A stretch of DNA of 64,000 nucleotides from an uncultured Chloroflexia bacterium (GCA_963791135.1 CAWBRX010000001.1:5463-69462), one strand, 5' to 3'; positions 29,617 through 45,092 are shown, counted from the first letter of the stretch. Notes: generated by a model from the sequence alone, not told the origin. Made by a program: numbers and translations.

Positions 29617-30476
29617 CTACTTCCAGCGTTTCTGCACCTGCCCTTGCAGGAAGGAAAGCCCGCGCCGCACGAACGCCTCGCCGTCCGGGCAGACGTTGTG
29701 GAACATGGCCCGCTCGTAGGCAAACTCGCCGATCGACGAGTTGTACGCCTCCATCGTCAAGCGGGCCGTCAAAGCCGATCTCGTGCAGGGCATCAAAGAA
29801 GGTCGTCCCACGGCACGAGCCCGCCGCCGGGCACGCCGCGATCGTTTTCACAGGGATGCACGCACCACAGCCGCGGCGCCAGCAGCCGGATGGCATCGCC
29901 GTAGTTCCGCTCTTCGGTCATCATGTGGTAGGTGTCAAAGAGGGCATAGACATTGGCATGGTCGGAGAGCTCGATCAGCCGCATCAACTGCGCCGCCGTG
30001 TTGACCATGTGGGTGCGGAAGTGGCTCATCGGCTCCAGCACGATCCGCACTCCTACCTGCGCCGCATAGTCGGCCAGCGCATGCAGCCCCTCGGCCGTCG
30101 CCCCATACTCGCCGGCCGGCGGCCGGCGCCGCTTGATCACGCCCGGATGGCCGTAGAGTGCGCCGGCATACGCCACCGCACCGATCTCGGCGCACAGATC
30201 CACCTGGCGCTTGTGCCACGCCAGCCCCTTCGCCCGCTGCTCGGGCTCGTCGGCCGACAAGTCGCACTCCACCGGCCACGTTCCTCCGGGTCCAACGGTG
30301 AGCGTCAGGCCCAGCGCCTGCGCGTGCTCCCGAGTCTTGGCGTGCGAGAAGTGGATGTCGTCGCCGACCGAGATCTCGACCAGGTCCAGCCCCAACTCCT
30401 TGGCGGTATCGAAGACCCAAAGCTGGTCGTCGGCCCAACGCTGTGTAAAGATATAGATGTGTGCGCCGTACTGCAT
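29617..30476 (-). pseudogene. Sugar-phosphate isomerase/epimerase (xylose-isomerase-like TIM barrel), two frame breaks near the 3' end
   Basis: MQYGAHIYIF...LDLVEISVGD...RIVLEPMSHFRTHMVNT...FDTYHMMTEE. Tail FDALHEIGFDGPL / TMEAYNSSIGEFA... lies in the other two frames (track 29793..30527, 29585..29896, 29617..29811). Confidence 0.65.
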
Positions 30477-30541
30477 GAGGTGCCTCGCGGTGGTGATGCG
30501 GATTTGATACTGCCAGTATAACACCAAGCCTGCGCTGGCCC

Positions 30542-31882
30542 ATGTCGTGCTATACTACTCGCATGATGGACCTCTTCACCCAAATCCAACAGATTGAGTT
30601 CGAGTCGCCCCTGCCGGCGACGCTCCTGGAAGTCGAGCAGCGGTTTGATGCCCCACGCGTGGACGATGTGACACAGGCCACGCGCACAGCGCTTGAAGCC
30701 AGCGGCCTGCTGGCGCGCATGCGCGAGGGCGACACGGTCGCAGTGGGCGCAGGCAGCCGCGGCGTGGCCAACCTGCCGGTGATCGTGCGCGCCGTTGTTA
30801 CACGCCTCGCCGAGGCAGGCCTGCAGCCGTTCGTCGTCCCCGCCATGGGCAGCCACGGCGGCGCCACGGCCGAAGGCCAGATCGACGTGCTGGCTCAATT
30901 GGGGGTGACAGAGGCCTCGGTTGGTGCACCCATCCGCGCCACGATGGAGGTGCGCGAGATCGGCCGCCTTCCCGACGGCGTCCCGCTCTACCAGGGGCTG
31001 GATTCTAGCGCCGCCGACCACACGCTCTTGGTCTCACGTATCAAGCCGCACACCGACTTCCGCAGCCAGGTGGAGAGCGGGCCGGCCAAGATGGCCGTCA
31101 TCGGCCTTGGCAAGCAGCGTGGCGCACTCGCCATGCACTCACTGGGCGGCGCCGCCTTCCAGAAGTACCTGATGCCGGCCGCACGCGTATATGCCACGTC
31201 TACCAATCTGGTGGGCGCCATTGCCGTGGTCGAGAACGCCTATGACGAGACGGCCGAGGTCGTCGGCCTGACCGCCGACGCGATCGGCGCGGCCCCAGAA
31301 GTGGAACTGCTCCAAAAGGCCAAGAGCCTGATGGCGAGCCTGCCCTTCCCTGCCATCGACGTTCTGGTCGTGCGCCAGCTGGGCAAGAACATCAGCGGCA
31401 CGGGCATGGACACCAACATCCTCGGCCGCCTGCTGATCCCGCGCCAGCCTGAGACTTTCGGCGACATCGACGTTGCGGTGGTCGTTGCCCTTGACCTGAC
31501 CGACGAGACGCACGGCAACGCCACCGGCATGGGCCTGGCCAATATCACAACCGCGCGCCTGGCGCGCAAGATCGACTGGATCTCCACCTATACCAACGGC
31601 TTGACCTCGGGCATCTTCAGCATGTACCGCGGCAGCCTCCCCATGGTGATGGCTGACGACCGCCGAGCGTTTATGGCTGCCTCACACTGTTGTGCCGTGC
31701 CGCAGCCCGCTACACGCATCGTCCTGATGCACGACACGCTGCACGTCGACCGGCTCTGGATCAGCCCTGCACTGCGCTCCGCCGCCGAAGCCCACGGACG
31801 CCTGCGCGTCGTAGGCGAGCATCCCTTGACCTTCTCTCCTGCCGGTGATCTCATCAGCCCCTGGTGTTTGAAGAATACCTGA
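30542..31882 (+). CDS. LarA-like N-terminal (DUF2088) domain protein, function unknown
   Basis: Intact 446 aa. GDTVAVGAGSRGVANLPVIV...VVPAMGSHGGATAEGQ...VSRIKPHTDF...GKNISGTGMD. The family call is from memory of this motif pattern. Confidence 0.45.
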   Translation: MSCYTTRMMDLFTQIQQIEFESPLPATLLEVEQRFDAPRVDDVTQATRTALEASGLLARMREGDTVAVGAGSRGVANLPVIVRAVVTRLAEAGLQPFVVPAMGSHGGATAEGQIDVLAQLGVTEASVGAPIRATMEVREIGRLPDGVPLYQGLDSSAADHTLLVSRIKPHTDFRSQVESGPAKMAVIGLGKQRGALAMHSLGGAAFQKYLMPAARVYATSTNLVGAIAVVENAYDETAEVVGLTADAIGAAPEVELLQKAKSLMASLPFPAIDVLVVRQLGKNISGTGMDTNILGRLLIPRQPETFGDIDVAVVVALDLTDETHGNATGMGLANITTARLARKIDWISTYTNGLTSGIFSMYRGSLPMVMADDRRAFMAASHCCAVPQPATRIVLMHDTLHVDRLWISPALRSAAEAHGRLRVVGEHPLTFSPAGDLISPWCLKNT

Positions 31883-31893
31883 TCGGCAGGGCC

Positions 31894-31926
31894 AGAAACC
31901 GAGTTTCTCACAGAGACTCGGTTTCT
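31894..31926 (+). terminator. Hairpin + T-rich tail after the LarA-like gene; copy 1 of a repeated palindromic element
   Basis: AGAAACCGAGTTTCTC-ACA-GAGACTCGGTTTCT followed by TTGCC. The left arm is identical to 54184-54199. Confidence 0.55.
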
Positions 31927-31970
31927 TTGCCTCTCATAGTAGATCCGCCAGAAATTCCATATTGAGTTTG

Positions 31971-31993
31971 ATGGCGTAGATCTAATACGCCAT
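31971..31993. repeat. Inverted repeat ATGGCGTA-N7-TACGCCAT upstream of the histidine-kinase gene (possible operator)
   Basis: Perfect 8-bp arms at 31971-31978 and 31986-31993, in an AT-richer intergenic stretch. Confidence 0.3.
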
Positions 31994-32033
31994 ATTGCTG
32001 ATGTGCTGACCTCTGCTTACGCTTATAGTAGGG

Positions 32034-34867
32034 TTGCCCGCAATCTGCAGGATGACCGCAGCCTGCCACGTGAGCCAAGGAGTCAGCAAGGTGTGGCCCT
32101 TCTCGGTGATCTCACCCATCTCGGCAGTCTATTTCTTCGCCGCCGCCGTGGCATTTGGCGCAAGCCTCTATATCTGGACCCGTCGTGACACGCTTGGTGC
32201 CGGCTACCTGTGCGGCCTGATGGCCGCCACAGGGTGGTGGTCACTGTGGGACGGCATGCAGCAAATGGCGGTCGACCTCCACCAGAGCATCGTCTTTTCG
32301 GAACTCAGCCATCTCGGCATTCAGTTTGTCCCGCTTCTGTTCTTGCTGTTTGTCGCCCAGTATACTCGCCAGGACAAGTGGCTGACGCCACGCCATATCT
32401 TGCTGTTGACAGTCATCCCTGTCATTACCCTGATTGCCGTATTTACCAATGAGTGGCATGGCTGGATCTGGCCGTCCGTCTACCTGGTGGACCAGCCGAC
32501 CGGCACGACCGCCGTCTTTGATCATGGTTGGTTGTTTTGGATTTCTGCTGCGTACCTGCATGCTTTGACCATCGCCGCCGCCGTGCTCATGGTGCGTGCT
32601 ATAGTGACCCGTCCCGCCCTTTACCGGCGCCAGGGCATCGTAATTCTCTGCGCAATGGTGCTCCCGTGGATAGGCAACGTGCTGTATCTCGCCCGGCTGA
32701 CGCCACTCAGCGGCGTGGACTGGACTTCTGTATCCTTCGCCTTGACCGGCCTGCTGATGACGTGGGCTGTGTTCAAGATGGGCTTGCTGGAACTGCTGCC
32801 CGTGGCGCGCAACGTCGTGTTCGAAGGCATGAGCGACGGGCTGCTTGTCGTCGACGCGCAGCTGCGCATTGCCGACATCAATGCGGCAGCCCGGCACATG
32901 TTGGGCAAAGCCAGCGCCGAGGTCGGCCGCCGCATCGACCATCTCGACAACACGCTTGCTGCGGCACTAACGGGCCTGACGCGGCCCGGCGCCGGGCAGT
33001 CGGTCAATACCCTGGAACTGGAAGGTGGCCGCTTCGTTCACCTGCGCTCCACCCGCCTGCGCGACCCGCGTGGCGCCACGCTCGGGCACGTCATCAGCCT
33101 GCACGATGTAAGCGAACTCAAGTGGTACGAGCATCTGCTGGCGCAGAGCGAACAGCGCGCACGCCAGGCCCAAGAAGCTGCTGAGTCCGCTACGCGCGCC
33201 AAGAGCGAATTCCTAGCCAGCATGAGCCACGAGATTCGCACACCCATGAACGCCATTGTGGGCATGACGAGCTTGCTGCTCGACACCGAACTCACGGCCC
33301 AGCAGGCCGAATACGTGGAAACGGTACGCAGCAGCAGCGATTCCCTGCTGACCATCATCAACGATATTCTCGACTTTTCGAAGATCGAAACGGGCAAGCT
33401 GGATCTGGAATTGCAGCCCTTCGAACTGGCCGCGTGCCTTGAGTCCGCGCTGGATCTGGTCGCCTTACAAGCCGCCAAGAAGGGGTTGGAGCTTATTTAT
33501 CAGCGCGACGAAAGCGTGCCGCTGAACGTATGCGGAGACTCTACACGCTTACGCCAGGTTGTCGTCAACCTGCTGAGCAATGCCGTCAAATTTACCGAGC
33601 ATGGCGAAGTCACGCTCGCTGTGTCCGCGATTGACCTGCCCGACTACCGGTCGACCGCCAGGGTGAGTGTAGATCGTCTGCCAGGGAGGACGCCACGGAA
33701 GATGCCCGATCCCCTGGTGCGGCCTGCTGGGTTCAGCTCCAAATCGACGTGCGCGATACCGGTATCGGCATTCCACCTGACCGCATGGATCGCTTGTTTC
33801 GTTCGTTCAGCCAGGTCGACAATTCGACGACGCGCCGTTTTGGCGGTACCGGCCTGGGGTTCGCCATCAGCCGGCGCCTGGTTGAACTGATGCACGGCAG
33901 CGTTGAGGTCGAAAGCGCCGGCATTCCCGGGCGGGGCAGTCTCTTCCGCGTGCGCCTGCCCGTGCAAGTCGTGGTGGACGAGGGCGCTGCATCTGACGCC
34001 CTGCTGCTGAACCAGTTGAGAGATAAGTCCGTGTTGGTGGTCGACGACAATGCCACCAATCGCAAGATACTCGAGCATCAACTGTCGGCATGGGGCATGC
34101 GCGTGCGTGTTACGACCTGCGCTGCTGAAGCATTGGCGCTGCTGCTCGCCGGGCACAAGTACGACCTCGCCGTGCTCGATGGGGTCATGCCTGATATGGA
34201 CGGCTTTACCCTGGCCCGTGCAATTCGCGAGAACTACAGCCGCGCTGTGCTCCCCCTCGTGATGCTGACCTCGTTAGATCGGCAAAGCGAGACTTCTGCC
34301 GATCTCGACGCCGCCTACCTACGCAAGCCTGTAAAGCCTTCGCAGCTGCAAGAAGCGCTGCAGCGGGTGCTGGCTCAGCAGCCGTCGGCAGGCTACCGCA
34401 GCCCGGAAAACCGCTGGGACTCGACCTTGGGCGAACGCCAGCCTCTCCGCATCCTGATGGCGGAAGATAACCGTGTCAACCAAAAGGTCATTCTCGGGAT
34501 GCTGGCCCGCTATGGGTATCGCGCCGATGTGGCCGCCAATGGCCTGGAAGTGCTCGAATCTCTCCACCGCCAGCCCTACGATGTGGTCTTGATGGATGTA
34601 GAAATGCCGGAAATGGACGGCGAGGAGGCGACCCACTGCATTCGGCGGCAGTTGGAACTCTCTCGGCAGCCCTATATTATCGCCATGACGGCGAATGCCT
34701 TTGAGGATCAGCGCAGACAGTACTTGAATACCGGCATGAACGACTACATCAGCAAGCCGGTTGACCCCGCCAAGTTGGTCGACGCACTGGAGCGCGCATG
34801 GCAGCACACAGCTATCATAGCGCAGCCGCCCGCCGCGTACTCCCTCGTTCACCCTGCCGCGGATTGA
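32034..34867 (+). pseudogene. Hybrid sensor histidine kinase: N-terminal 7TM sensor, PAS, HisKA, HATPase, two receiver domains (frame break about 33650-33730)
   Basis: Seven hydrophobic helices. H-box [49 protein letters not shown]1 [14 protein letters not shown]...DGVMPDMDG. REC2 ILMAEDNRVNQKVI...LMDVEMPEMDG...KP. Track ORFs 32034..33890 and 33749..34867. Confidence 0.85.
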
Positions 34868-34937
34868 AACAGCACAACCTATCCTGCGTTCGGCGCATCT
34901 CATAGGCTCCACGTATACTGTGCGGACTGAATCCGCC

Positions 34938-35444
34938 ATGCTAAACCGAGGAGAGCCTATGGACGACGTCTTGAAGTGGATCATCTTGCAGCCTGTGGCA
35001 CTCGTACACAACGCACGGCTGGTTCCCGAAGATGACAATTGGGGCGAGGTCATTTCCACCATCGAACTGCTGCCCGAATACCCGGCTGAGTCTCTTGACG
35101 GTCTCGACGCATTCTCTCATGTGGAAATTCTTTATTACTTTCACCAGGTGTCTGCTGCCAAGGTGGAATCAGCCGCGCGCCACCCACGCAACAACCCGGC
35201 ATGGCCAAAGGTTGGTATATTTGCCCAGCGTGGCAAAAATCGGCCCAATCGCGTCGGTGCGACCATCGCTCGCGTGCTGCGCGTGGAAGGTCGCACCCTT
35301 ACCGTCGCCGGCCTCGACGCCATCGACGGTACGCCTGTACTCGACATAAAACCTGTCATGTGCGAGTTTCTGCCCCAGGGCGAGGTGCACCAGCCGGAGT
35401 GGGTCGGCGAGTTGATGATCGACTACTGGTCCAAACCCTCGTGA
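34938..35444 (+). CDS. trmO: tRNA (N6-threonylcarbamoyladenosine37-N6)-methyltransferase TrmO/TsaA family
   Basis: FSHVEILYYFH, FAQRGKNRPNRVGATIARVL, GLDAIDGTPVLDIKP. Start ambiguous (34920, 34938 or 34959). Confidence 0.7.
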   Translation: MLNRGEPMDDVLKWIILQPVALVHNARLVPEDDNWGEVISTIELLPEYPAESLDGLDAFSHVEILYYFHQVSAAKVESAARHPRNNPAWPKVGIFAQRGKNRPNRVGATIARVLRVEGRTLTVAGLDAIDGTPVLDIKPVMCEFLPQGEVHQPEWVGELMIDYWSKPS

Positions 35445-35497
35445 TCACGGTCCGCAAATCAACATGCAACCTTGCGCTGCGTGCATCTGCATGCTAG

Positions 35498-36692
<1,195 letters not shown>

Positions 36693-36701
36693 TTTAATAA
36701 G

Positions 36702-37614
36702 ATGCTGCGCTCGCCTGTATGCCTTTCTCTGTCTCCTAAGCCTGCTGCTCCTGGCAGCCTGTGAAAGTACAGGCGTGGCCACGCCTGTACCGACCACGAT
36801 TACCATTGCCGGTTCGACTGCCATGCGTCGTGTGCTCGTCGATCTGACGGCGGCGTTCAACCGCCAGCACCCAGATGTCCTGTTCGTCATTCGGGGCGGC
36901 GGCAGCACGATCGGCGAAGAGTTGGTGCGCCGCCGCGAGGTTGACCTGGGCGCCAGCACACTTTTCCCGCCGCAGCAGCAGGCCGCAGATCCCACGCCAA
37001 CTGCCCCGGCGACCGCTGACCCCCTGGTGCGTGTGCCGATCGGGATCGACGGCCTGGCCGCGGTCGTGCATCCCAGCAACAATATTGCGGGGCTGTCGCT
37101 CGTGCAACTGCGCGATATCTTCGCCGGGCGCCTGCTGGACTGGCAGGCCCTCGGCAGCGACGCCGGTGAGATTCAACTTGTCAGCCGCGAAGACGGCAGC
37201 GGCTCGCGCATCCTGTTTGAAACGCGGGTCATGGGCGACGAGCGTGTCGCACTCACTGCTGTCGTCATGCCTACCAGCCAAGATGTCGTCGACTACGTGG
37301 CCAAGAACCCCCAAGCCATCGGCTACGTTTCACGTGCCGAGGTTGCCGAGTGGATCGCCGAGGATGATGCAGCCACCGCTGCTGCTGCCCCGGCAGAAGC
37401 AGTTACGGGGGCACCGGCGCGTGTAAAGGTCATACCTGTCGAAGGCAAACTGCCGACGCGCGCAGTCCTGCGCAGCCAGGAATATGCCTTGACTAAGCCG
37501 CTCTACCTCATTTCTTACGGACAACCCTCCGGCAGAATTCGCCAGTTTATCGACTTTGCGCTCAGCCCCGCAGGTCAGGCCATCGTCAATCGTTACGACG
37601 CCCCTATCCGGTAG
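36702..37614 (+). CDS. PstS-family (PBP type 2) phosphate-binding lipoprotein; start region ambiguous
   Basis: Lipobox LLLAAC. ITIAGSTAMRRVL...IRGGGSTIGEE...REDGSGSRILFE...IGYVS. The only ATG (36702) is one frame off the body (track ORF 36577..37614). No pstCAB genes adjacent. Confidence 0.55.
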
Positions 37615-37741
37615 CGCAACCTGATCCCACCACTGATATTCTCCCGCTAATTGATGTACCGATAGATAGGTCATTTGCCTGAACTAGGCGGATTTTCTTC
37701 GTGTTACAGTTGCTCTAAACTGCAATCGCACGGTTCTGTCT

Positions 37742-40238
37742 ATGCAATTTGTCACACAGAAAACGAAGGTGGCATCTATGTTCCCGCCCAGGCGGTTTGC
37801 TCTTCTCATCGGCTGGCTTGTTTGGCTTCTGACCTTCGCGGTGGCTGTCCACGCCCAATCGCATGGCACAGCGGACGGGGCACAGCCAGAGTCGAATGTA
37901 GTGTCAGATGCCGTGGCAAACGTGGTGGGTTCCGGCCCGCTGCGGGTGTCGAGCGCCAACCCGCGCTATTTTGCGGACGGGACGGGGAAGGTGGTGTACC
38001 TGACGGGGTCGCACACGTGGGCGAACTTCCAGGACAACGGCAACGGGAACCCGCCGGCAGCCGTTCGATTACGCGCAGTACCTGGACTTCCTCACGGCGA
38101 ACAACCACAACTTCTTCCGGCTGTGGACATGGGAGCAGTCACGGTGGACGCTGGAGACGTCAGACGACAACTACTGGTTCAACCCGCAGGGACCGTACGT
38201 GCGGTCGATCAGGGCAGGGGAATGCGCTGGACGGGCAGCCGAAGTGGGACGTGAGCCAGTTCGACCAGGCGTACTTTGACCGGATGCGGCAGCGGATCGT
38301 CGCGGCGGGGCAGCGGGGGATGTACGTGTCGATCATGCTGTTCGACGGCTGGAGCGTGGTGAGCGACCAGTACCCGGCGTTGAACAACCCGTGGCAGGGG
38401 CACCCGTACAATGCGGCGAACAACATCAACGGCGTGAACGGGGATGTGAACAACGACAACAACGGCCGCGAGGTGCACACGCTGGCGAACGGCCGGCGGT
38501 GACGGCGCTGCAGGAAGCGTACGTGAAGAAGGTGATCGACACGGTCAACGACCTGGACAACGTGCTGTACGAGATCGCCAACGAGGCGCCGGACGAGTCC
38601 ATTGCGTGGCAGTATCACCTGATCGACTACATCAAGGCGTACGAAGCGGGCAAGCCAAAGCAGCACCCGGTGGGGATGACGGGGCGCTACGAGTGGGCGC
38701 TCAGCGACCTGCTGGACAGCCACGCCGACTGGATCTCGCCCGGCGGCGGCGCGTTCCAGTGGGATCCGCCGGCAAACGACGGGCAGAAGGTCATCATCAA
38801 CGACACGGACCACCTGTGGGGCATCGGCGGCGACTATGTGTGGGTGTGGAAGAGCTTCACACGCGGGCTGAACCCGATCTTCATGGACGGCTATGACGGT
38901 GCCGGCTACGGCGTCGGCGGGGATGGGTTCGTCTTCGATGCGCCGCAGTGGGTGAAGCTGCGGGCGAACCTGGGCTACACGCGGGCGTATGCCGAGCGGT
39001 GAACCTGGCGGCGATGCGGCCGCGCAGCGACCTGTGTTCGACGGGCTACTGCCTGGCGAATGCGACTGCGCCCGGTGCGGAGTTCATCGTCTACCAGCCC
39101 AGCGGCGCCAACAGCTTCACGGTGAAGCTGAACGGGCTGAGCGGGAGCCTGGCCGTCGAATGGCTGAACCCCGAAACCGGCGCCAAGAGCACCGGTGCGG
39201 CCGTGAACGGCGGCGGCACGGTGACCTTCAACCCGCCCTTTGGCAACGCCGTCCTCTATCTCAGGCAGCCGGGCGCTGGGACCGCCACGCCGCAGCCAAC
39301 TGCACCTGCTACACCCGACGACACCAAGCGTGACGCCAACTGCTATGGCTAACGCTACCAGGGTTCCACCCACCCTCACGCCTACGACCGTGCCGCCTAC
39401 CGCCACGGCTACGGTCTTACCGCCCACAGCTACGGCTACTGCCGCGGCTACGCCGACAGCCCCGACGGCGACTCCAAACTCAGGCGTCGCCTTCCCTGTC
39501 ACGCCGCTCCTGGACAACTTCAATCGGGCAAACAGCACGAAGATCGGCGCCTCTTGGGCCGGCAGCAAGAGCGGCTATCGCATTGCAGCCGGGCGCCTGG
39601 ACGTCGGAACAACGTCCGACATCTACTGGAAAGCGGCTCGCTTCGGCGAGAACCAAGAGGCATATGTCACGCTGACAGCCATCGATCCGGCAGCCACGGA
39701 GATCGGGCTCATTCTTAAGGCGCAGAGCTACACTGGACTTGGCGCAGGCCTGGTCGAGGTCTTCTACTCGCCGCGCGATCGTACGGTACAGGTCTGGACG
39801 TATACAACTCGTCTCGGTTGGCAGCAGCAGGGTCCGAGTATCAGCAGCACTTTTGTCAACGGCGATCGCTTTGGCGCACGGGTTTACAGCAGCGGGCGTG
39901 TAGAGGTCTATCGCAATGCGACGCTGATCGGACAATGGAACATTGCAGCCTGGCGTTATGTGGCCGCCGTAGGCTACGTAGGTATCTTCACACTTCAGGC
40001 ATCTAATGCATTGCTGGACGACTTTGGGGGTGGCGCCATCGGTCCGCAGGGCACCATCGAACCCAACCCAGACCTTGGTGACGAAAACGCTCCTGAAGAA
40101 TTTGACTTGCTGCGTTATAAGACTAATGTTTGGCTGCCTGACAGTCCGGTCCTTTCCCGATTGAGGCTGGCCCGATCCCAGGCGCGAACCGCCTTGCGGT
40201 TATCATTCCAGACAGCATTCATATGTGTGCAGCTTTGA
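37742..40238 (+). pseudogene. Secreted clan GH-A (GH5/DUF4038-like) glycoside hydrolase + beta-sandwich + PT linker + ConA/LamG-like C-terminal domain (at least 5 frame breaks)
   Basis: Signal FALLIGWLVWLLTFAVAVHA. RYFADGTGKVVYLTGSHTW, NFFRLWTWE, NVLYEIANEAPDE (NE acid/base). EWLNPETGAKS...FNPPF beta-sandwich. C-terminal SWAGSKSGYRIAAGRLDV...LLDDFGGG. Fragments 37742.., 37675.., 38391.., 38948.., 39240..40238. Confidence 0.65.
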
Positions 40239-40284
40239 AGATGGCTGCATACATATGTGCGTGTGCGATCTGCTGCCTCCGCCG

Positions 40285-40314
40285 TTGGTCACACCTTTGT
40301 AACCCTGCTAGAAT
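40285..40314 (+). promoter_or_regulatory. Candidate sigma-70 promoter for ettA (TTGGTC-N18-TGcTAGAAT)
   Basis: -35 at 40285-40290. Extended -10 (TG-n-TAGAAT) with the hexamer at 40309-40314, about 90 nt upstream of ATG 40406. Confidence 0.3.
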
Positions 40315-40405
40315 GTGTCCCGCGAACGGCCGGAAGGTCTGTCTCGTACTTTGCCGCAAATAACTCGTTCCCAGACTGATCTGGCCCTAGAAGAGGCTTT
40401 TCTGT

Positions 40406-42089
<1,684 letters not shown>

Positions 42090-42128
42090 TAATCGCCAGG
42101 GCAATGACAAGAGGGAGAATGCATCCCT

Positions 42129-43621
42129 ATGAGCGAGCAGTCGCGGCAGTTGGAAGAAATCATCAATGCTGTACCCGTCGGCGTTGCTGTGCTCGACGAC
42201 AGCCTGCGGGTTCTACTCGCCAATGCGGCCGCCGTCAAGTGCCTGGGGCAGCTTGGTTTCGAGCAGGAGATGGGCCGGATGACCCATCTTGGCGACCAGC
42301 CGATCGTAGAACTGCTGGCTCCCGCCGCGTCCTCGCGGCGATATGAGGTGCAGTTCGATCAGCGCGCCTACGAAGTGCAGATCTCGCCGATCGGCAACAA
42401 CGGGAACAGCCAGCGCTGGGTGCTCGTGATCGACGACGTCACCGAAGCACGCGAGGTGCAGCAGCGCGCGCAGACCCAGGATCGGCTGGCCGCCATTGGC
42501 CAACTGGCGGCAGGGATTGCCCATGATTTCAACAACCTCTTGGCCGTCATTGTCCTTCACACTGAAATGGGGCTGCTGCAGCACGATATTCCCCCGCGCC
42601 TGCGCGAGTACCTCGACATCATCCTCAAGCAGGCTGTGCGCGCCGGCGATCTGGTTCAACAGGTGTTGGACTTCAGCCGCCGTGCCGTGCTCGAACGGCG
42701 GCCCCTGCGGCTGGGCCCCTTTGTCGCCGAACAGGTAGATCTGTTGGCACGCACGCTGCCCGAGAGCATCACCGTCAGCTTTGCCGATGAAGATGTCGAC
42801 TACACCGTGAGCGCTGACCCGACACGTTTGCAGCAGGTGATCGTCAACCTGGCGTTGAACGCACGTGACGCCATGGTGGAAGGTGGGCACCTCTGGTTTG
42901 CCCTGGAAGAGGTGACCGTCACTGCCGACGAGACCGCTCCGCTGCCCGAACTGCAGCCCGGCCGCTGGGTGCGGATCAGCGTCAAAGACACCGGTCACGG
43001 CATTCCGGCCCACGTGCTGCCGCACATTTTTGAGCCCTTTTATACGACCAAGGCTCCGCGTGGGCACCGGCCTTGGCCTGGCGCAGGTGCACGGCATTGT
43101 CAAGCAGCACGAGGGCGAGATCGACGTCATCAGTGAGGCCGGCATCGGCACGACGTTTGCCTTGTATCTGCCTGCAGTCGAACCCATTGAACTGGAGCCC
43201 GAGACAGTCAACGAAGAGGCTCTTCCCCTGGGTGGGGGCGAGACGGTGCTGGTGGTCGAAGACGACGCTGCGGTCCGCATGGCACTGGTCGCCAGCCTTG
43301 AACAGCTCGAATATCAGCCGGTCGAAGCCAGGAACGGGCGCGAAGCCCTGGCGATCCTGCAGCGCCGCAGCCAGGAGTTCGATCTTGTGCTCAGCGACTT
43401 GATCATGCCCGAAATGGGTGGGACGTGCCCTGCAGGAGGCGCTGCGTGAGCAGTCCATCAACTTGCCTATCGTCTTTCTGAGTGGGCACCCCATGGATAC
43501 GGAGCCGCTGGCTGCCGGGCAAGATGAACTGGCAGGCTGGCTGCAGAAGCCGGTAAACCTGGAGAACCTGGCACGTCTGTTGGCGCGCATTCTGGCGCTG
43601 CGCCGGCAGCCGCGTCCTTAA
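42129..43621 (+). pseudogene. Hybrid histidine kinase (PAS-HisKA-HATPase-receiver), two +1 breaks
   Basis: H-box LAAGIAHDFNNLL, NLALNARDAM, DTGHGIP...[27 protein letters not shown]: [11 protein letters not shown]...[11 protein letters not shown]...KP. Track 42129.., 43030.., 43418..43621. Confidence 0.8.
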
Positions 43622-43626
43622 AGGAT

Positions 43627-44597
43627 TTGCTCTTGCTTGATCCGGCGCCCAACTATTACGACATACTCGGCGTCAAGTCGACAGCCCAGCTCGACGAGAT
43701 CCGCCGCCGCTACAAGTTCCTGGTGGTCGCCTTCCACCCCGATCGCTTTCTGCGCACCCCTGAGCACCATGCCCTCGCCGAGCAGCGCATCAAGCAGGTG
43801 AATGAGGCCTACCGGGTCCTCTCCGACCCGCAGACACGCACGCAGTACGACCTGGCGCGGCTCTCTACCTATGCTTCGTCCCGCTGCCTCCGTGCATCCT
43901 TTCATGTCGCAGCTGCAGTACGACGTAACGCAGGCGCAGGCGCGCAGTGCCCAGCTTGAACAAGAGCTGCTCGCCTGGCGCAGCCGTTACGAAGTTGCGC
44001 TGGCGGACAAGTCCGTCCTCCAACAGGAACAATCCGAGCGGGAGCAGTCCTATCTGCAGGAGCGGCAGTCGCTCCAATCCGAGATTGACCGGCTCAGCCG
44101 CCAGCTGGAGGAAATGGCACGCGGGCAGGTTGGCGATGGAGGCCCGTCTCAAGGAGCAGCAAACCAAGGCCAACAAGAAGGCCGCCAAGCTGGCGCAGGA
44201 GCTTGCCACGCAGGAGCGGCTGGTGGAAAACCTGGCTGCGACCAAGGCCGACTGGGAACGCTCAAACCAGTCGCGTTATGAACTGCTGACGCAGCAGGTG
44301 CAGAAGCTGCAGGAAGAGATTAAACGCCGCGATGCCAGCTTGATCCAACTGCGCCAGGTGCAGCGCGGCCTGGAGGAGCGCCTGGCCAACGCCGAACACG
44401 AGGCGCGGCTGGCCGCGCAGTCGGCGGCGAATGCCCTACGCGCCAAGCAGCAGGAAGTCGACACGCTGCTGGCCGACCGCGAGCATGCCGGCGAGGCGCA
44501 GGTCCACGAACAGAAGTCGGTGCGCCTCTGGCAGATCGTGGCCGTAATCGCCATCGTCAATATCCTGATCTTGCTCGGCCTGTTCCTGGTACGTTGA
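43627..44597 (+). pseudogene. J-domain protein with long coiled coil and C-terminal TM anchor (two +1 breaks)
   Basis: NYYDILGV...FHPDRF...AYRVLSDPQTRTQYD. Heptad-rich Q/E/L region. Tail LWQIVAVIAIVNILILLGLFLV. Track 43627.., 43802.., 43947..44597. Confidence 0.7.
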
Positions 44598-44675
44598 GTC
44601 CGGATCTGTAACCTTCTTTGCACCCCCGCATCTAATCCAACAGAAAACGTAATCATCCGTAGAAGGAGAACGACC

Positions 44676-45092
44676 ATGCAGGCTTCAGTCGTCTGGAGCA
44701 AAGGAATGAGCTTTACCGGTACGGCCGACAGCGGCCACACCGTGGCGATCGGCACCGACCCGGGCGTCGGCGGCGATGACGATGGGCTGCGGCCCATGGA
44801 ATTGATGGCGATCAGCCTGGCGGGCTGCACGGCCATGGACGTCATTTCCATCTTGCGCAAGAAGCGCGTCGACGTGACCGGTTTTGAGGTCAAGGTCGAC
44901 GGCGACCGCGCAGCCGAGCACCCCAAGGTGTTTACCGCCTTCAACATCCATTACATCGTGCGCGGCCACAATGTCGAGCCTGCCGCCGTCGAGCGGGCGA
45001 TGGAGCTGTCGCGCACCAAGTACTGTCCCGCCCAGGCCATGCTGGGGCAGCTCGCCCCGATCACGTTGAGTTACGAAATCATCCCAGAATAG
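44676..45092 (+). CDS. OsmC/Ohr-family peroxiredoxin-like protein
   Basis: Intact 138 aa. RPMELMAISLAGCTAMDV and SRTKYCPAQ (two conserved Cys). Confidence 0.8.
   Translation: MQASVVWSKGMSFTGTADSGHTVAIGTDPGVGGDDDGLRPMELMAISLAGCTAMDVISILRKKRVDVTGFEVKVDGDRAAEHPKVFTAFNIHYIVRGHNVEPAAVERAMELSRTKYCPAQAMLGQLAPITLSYEIIPE

Noticed and set aside
25059-30527. The densely broken 25-30 kb segment as a decaying genomic island or prophage remnant.
   Set aside because: Its genes are ordinary metabolic genes (acylase, GATase, VIT, isomerase). There is no integrase, transposase, att-like repeat or tRNA flank. GC content matches the rest, and motifs between breaks are intact, so it looks like locally poor consensus.
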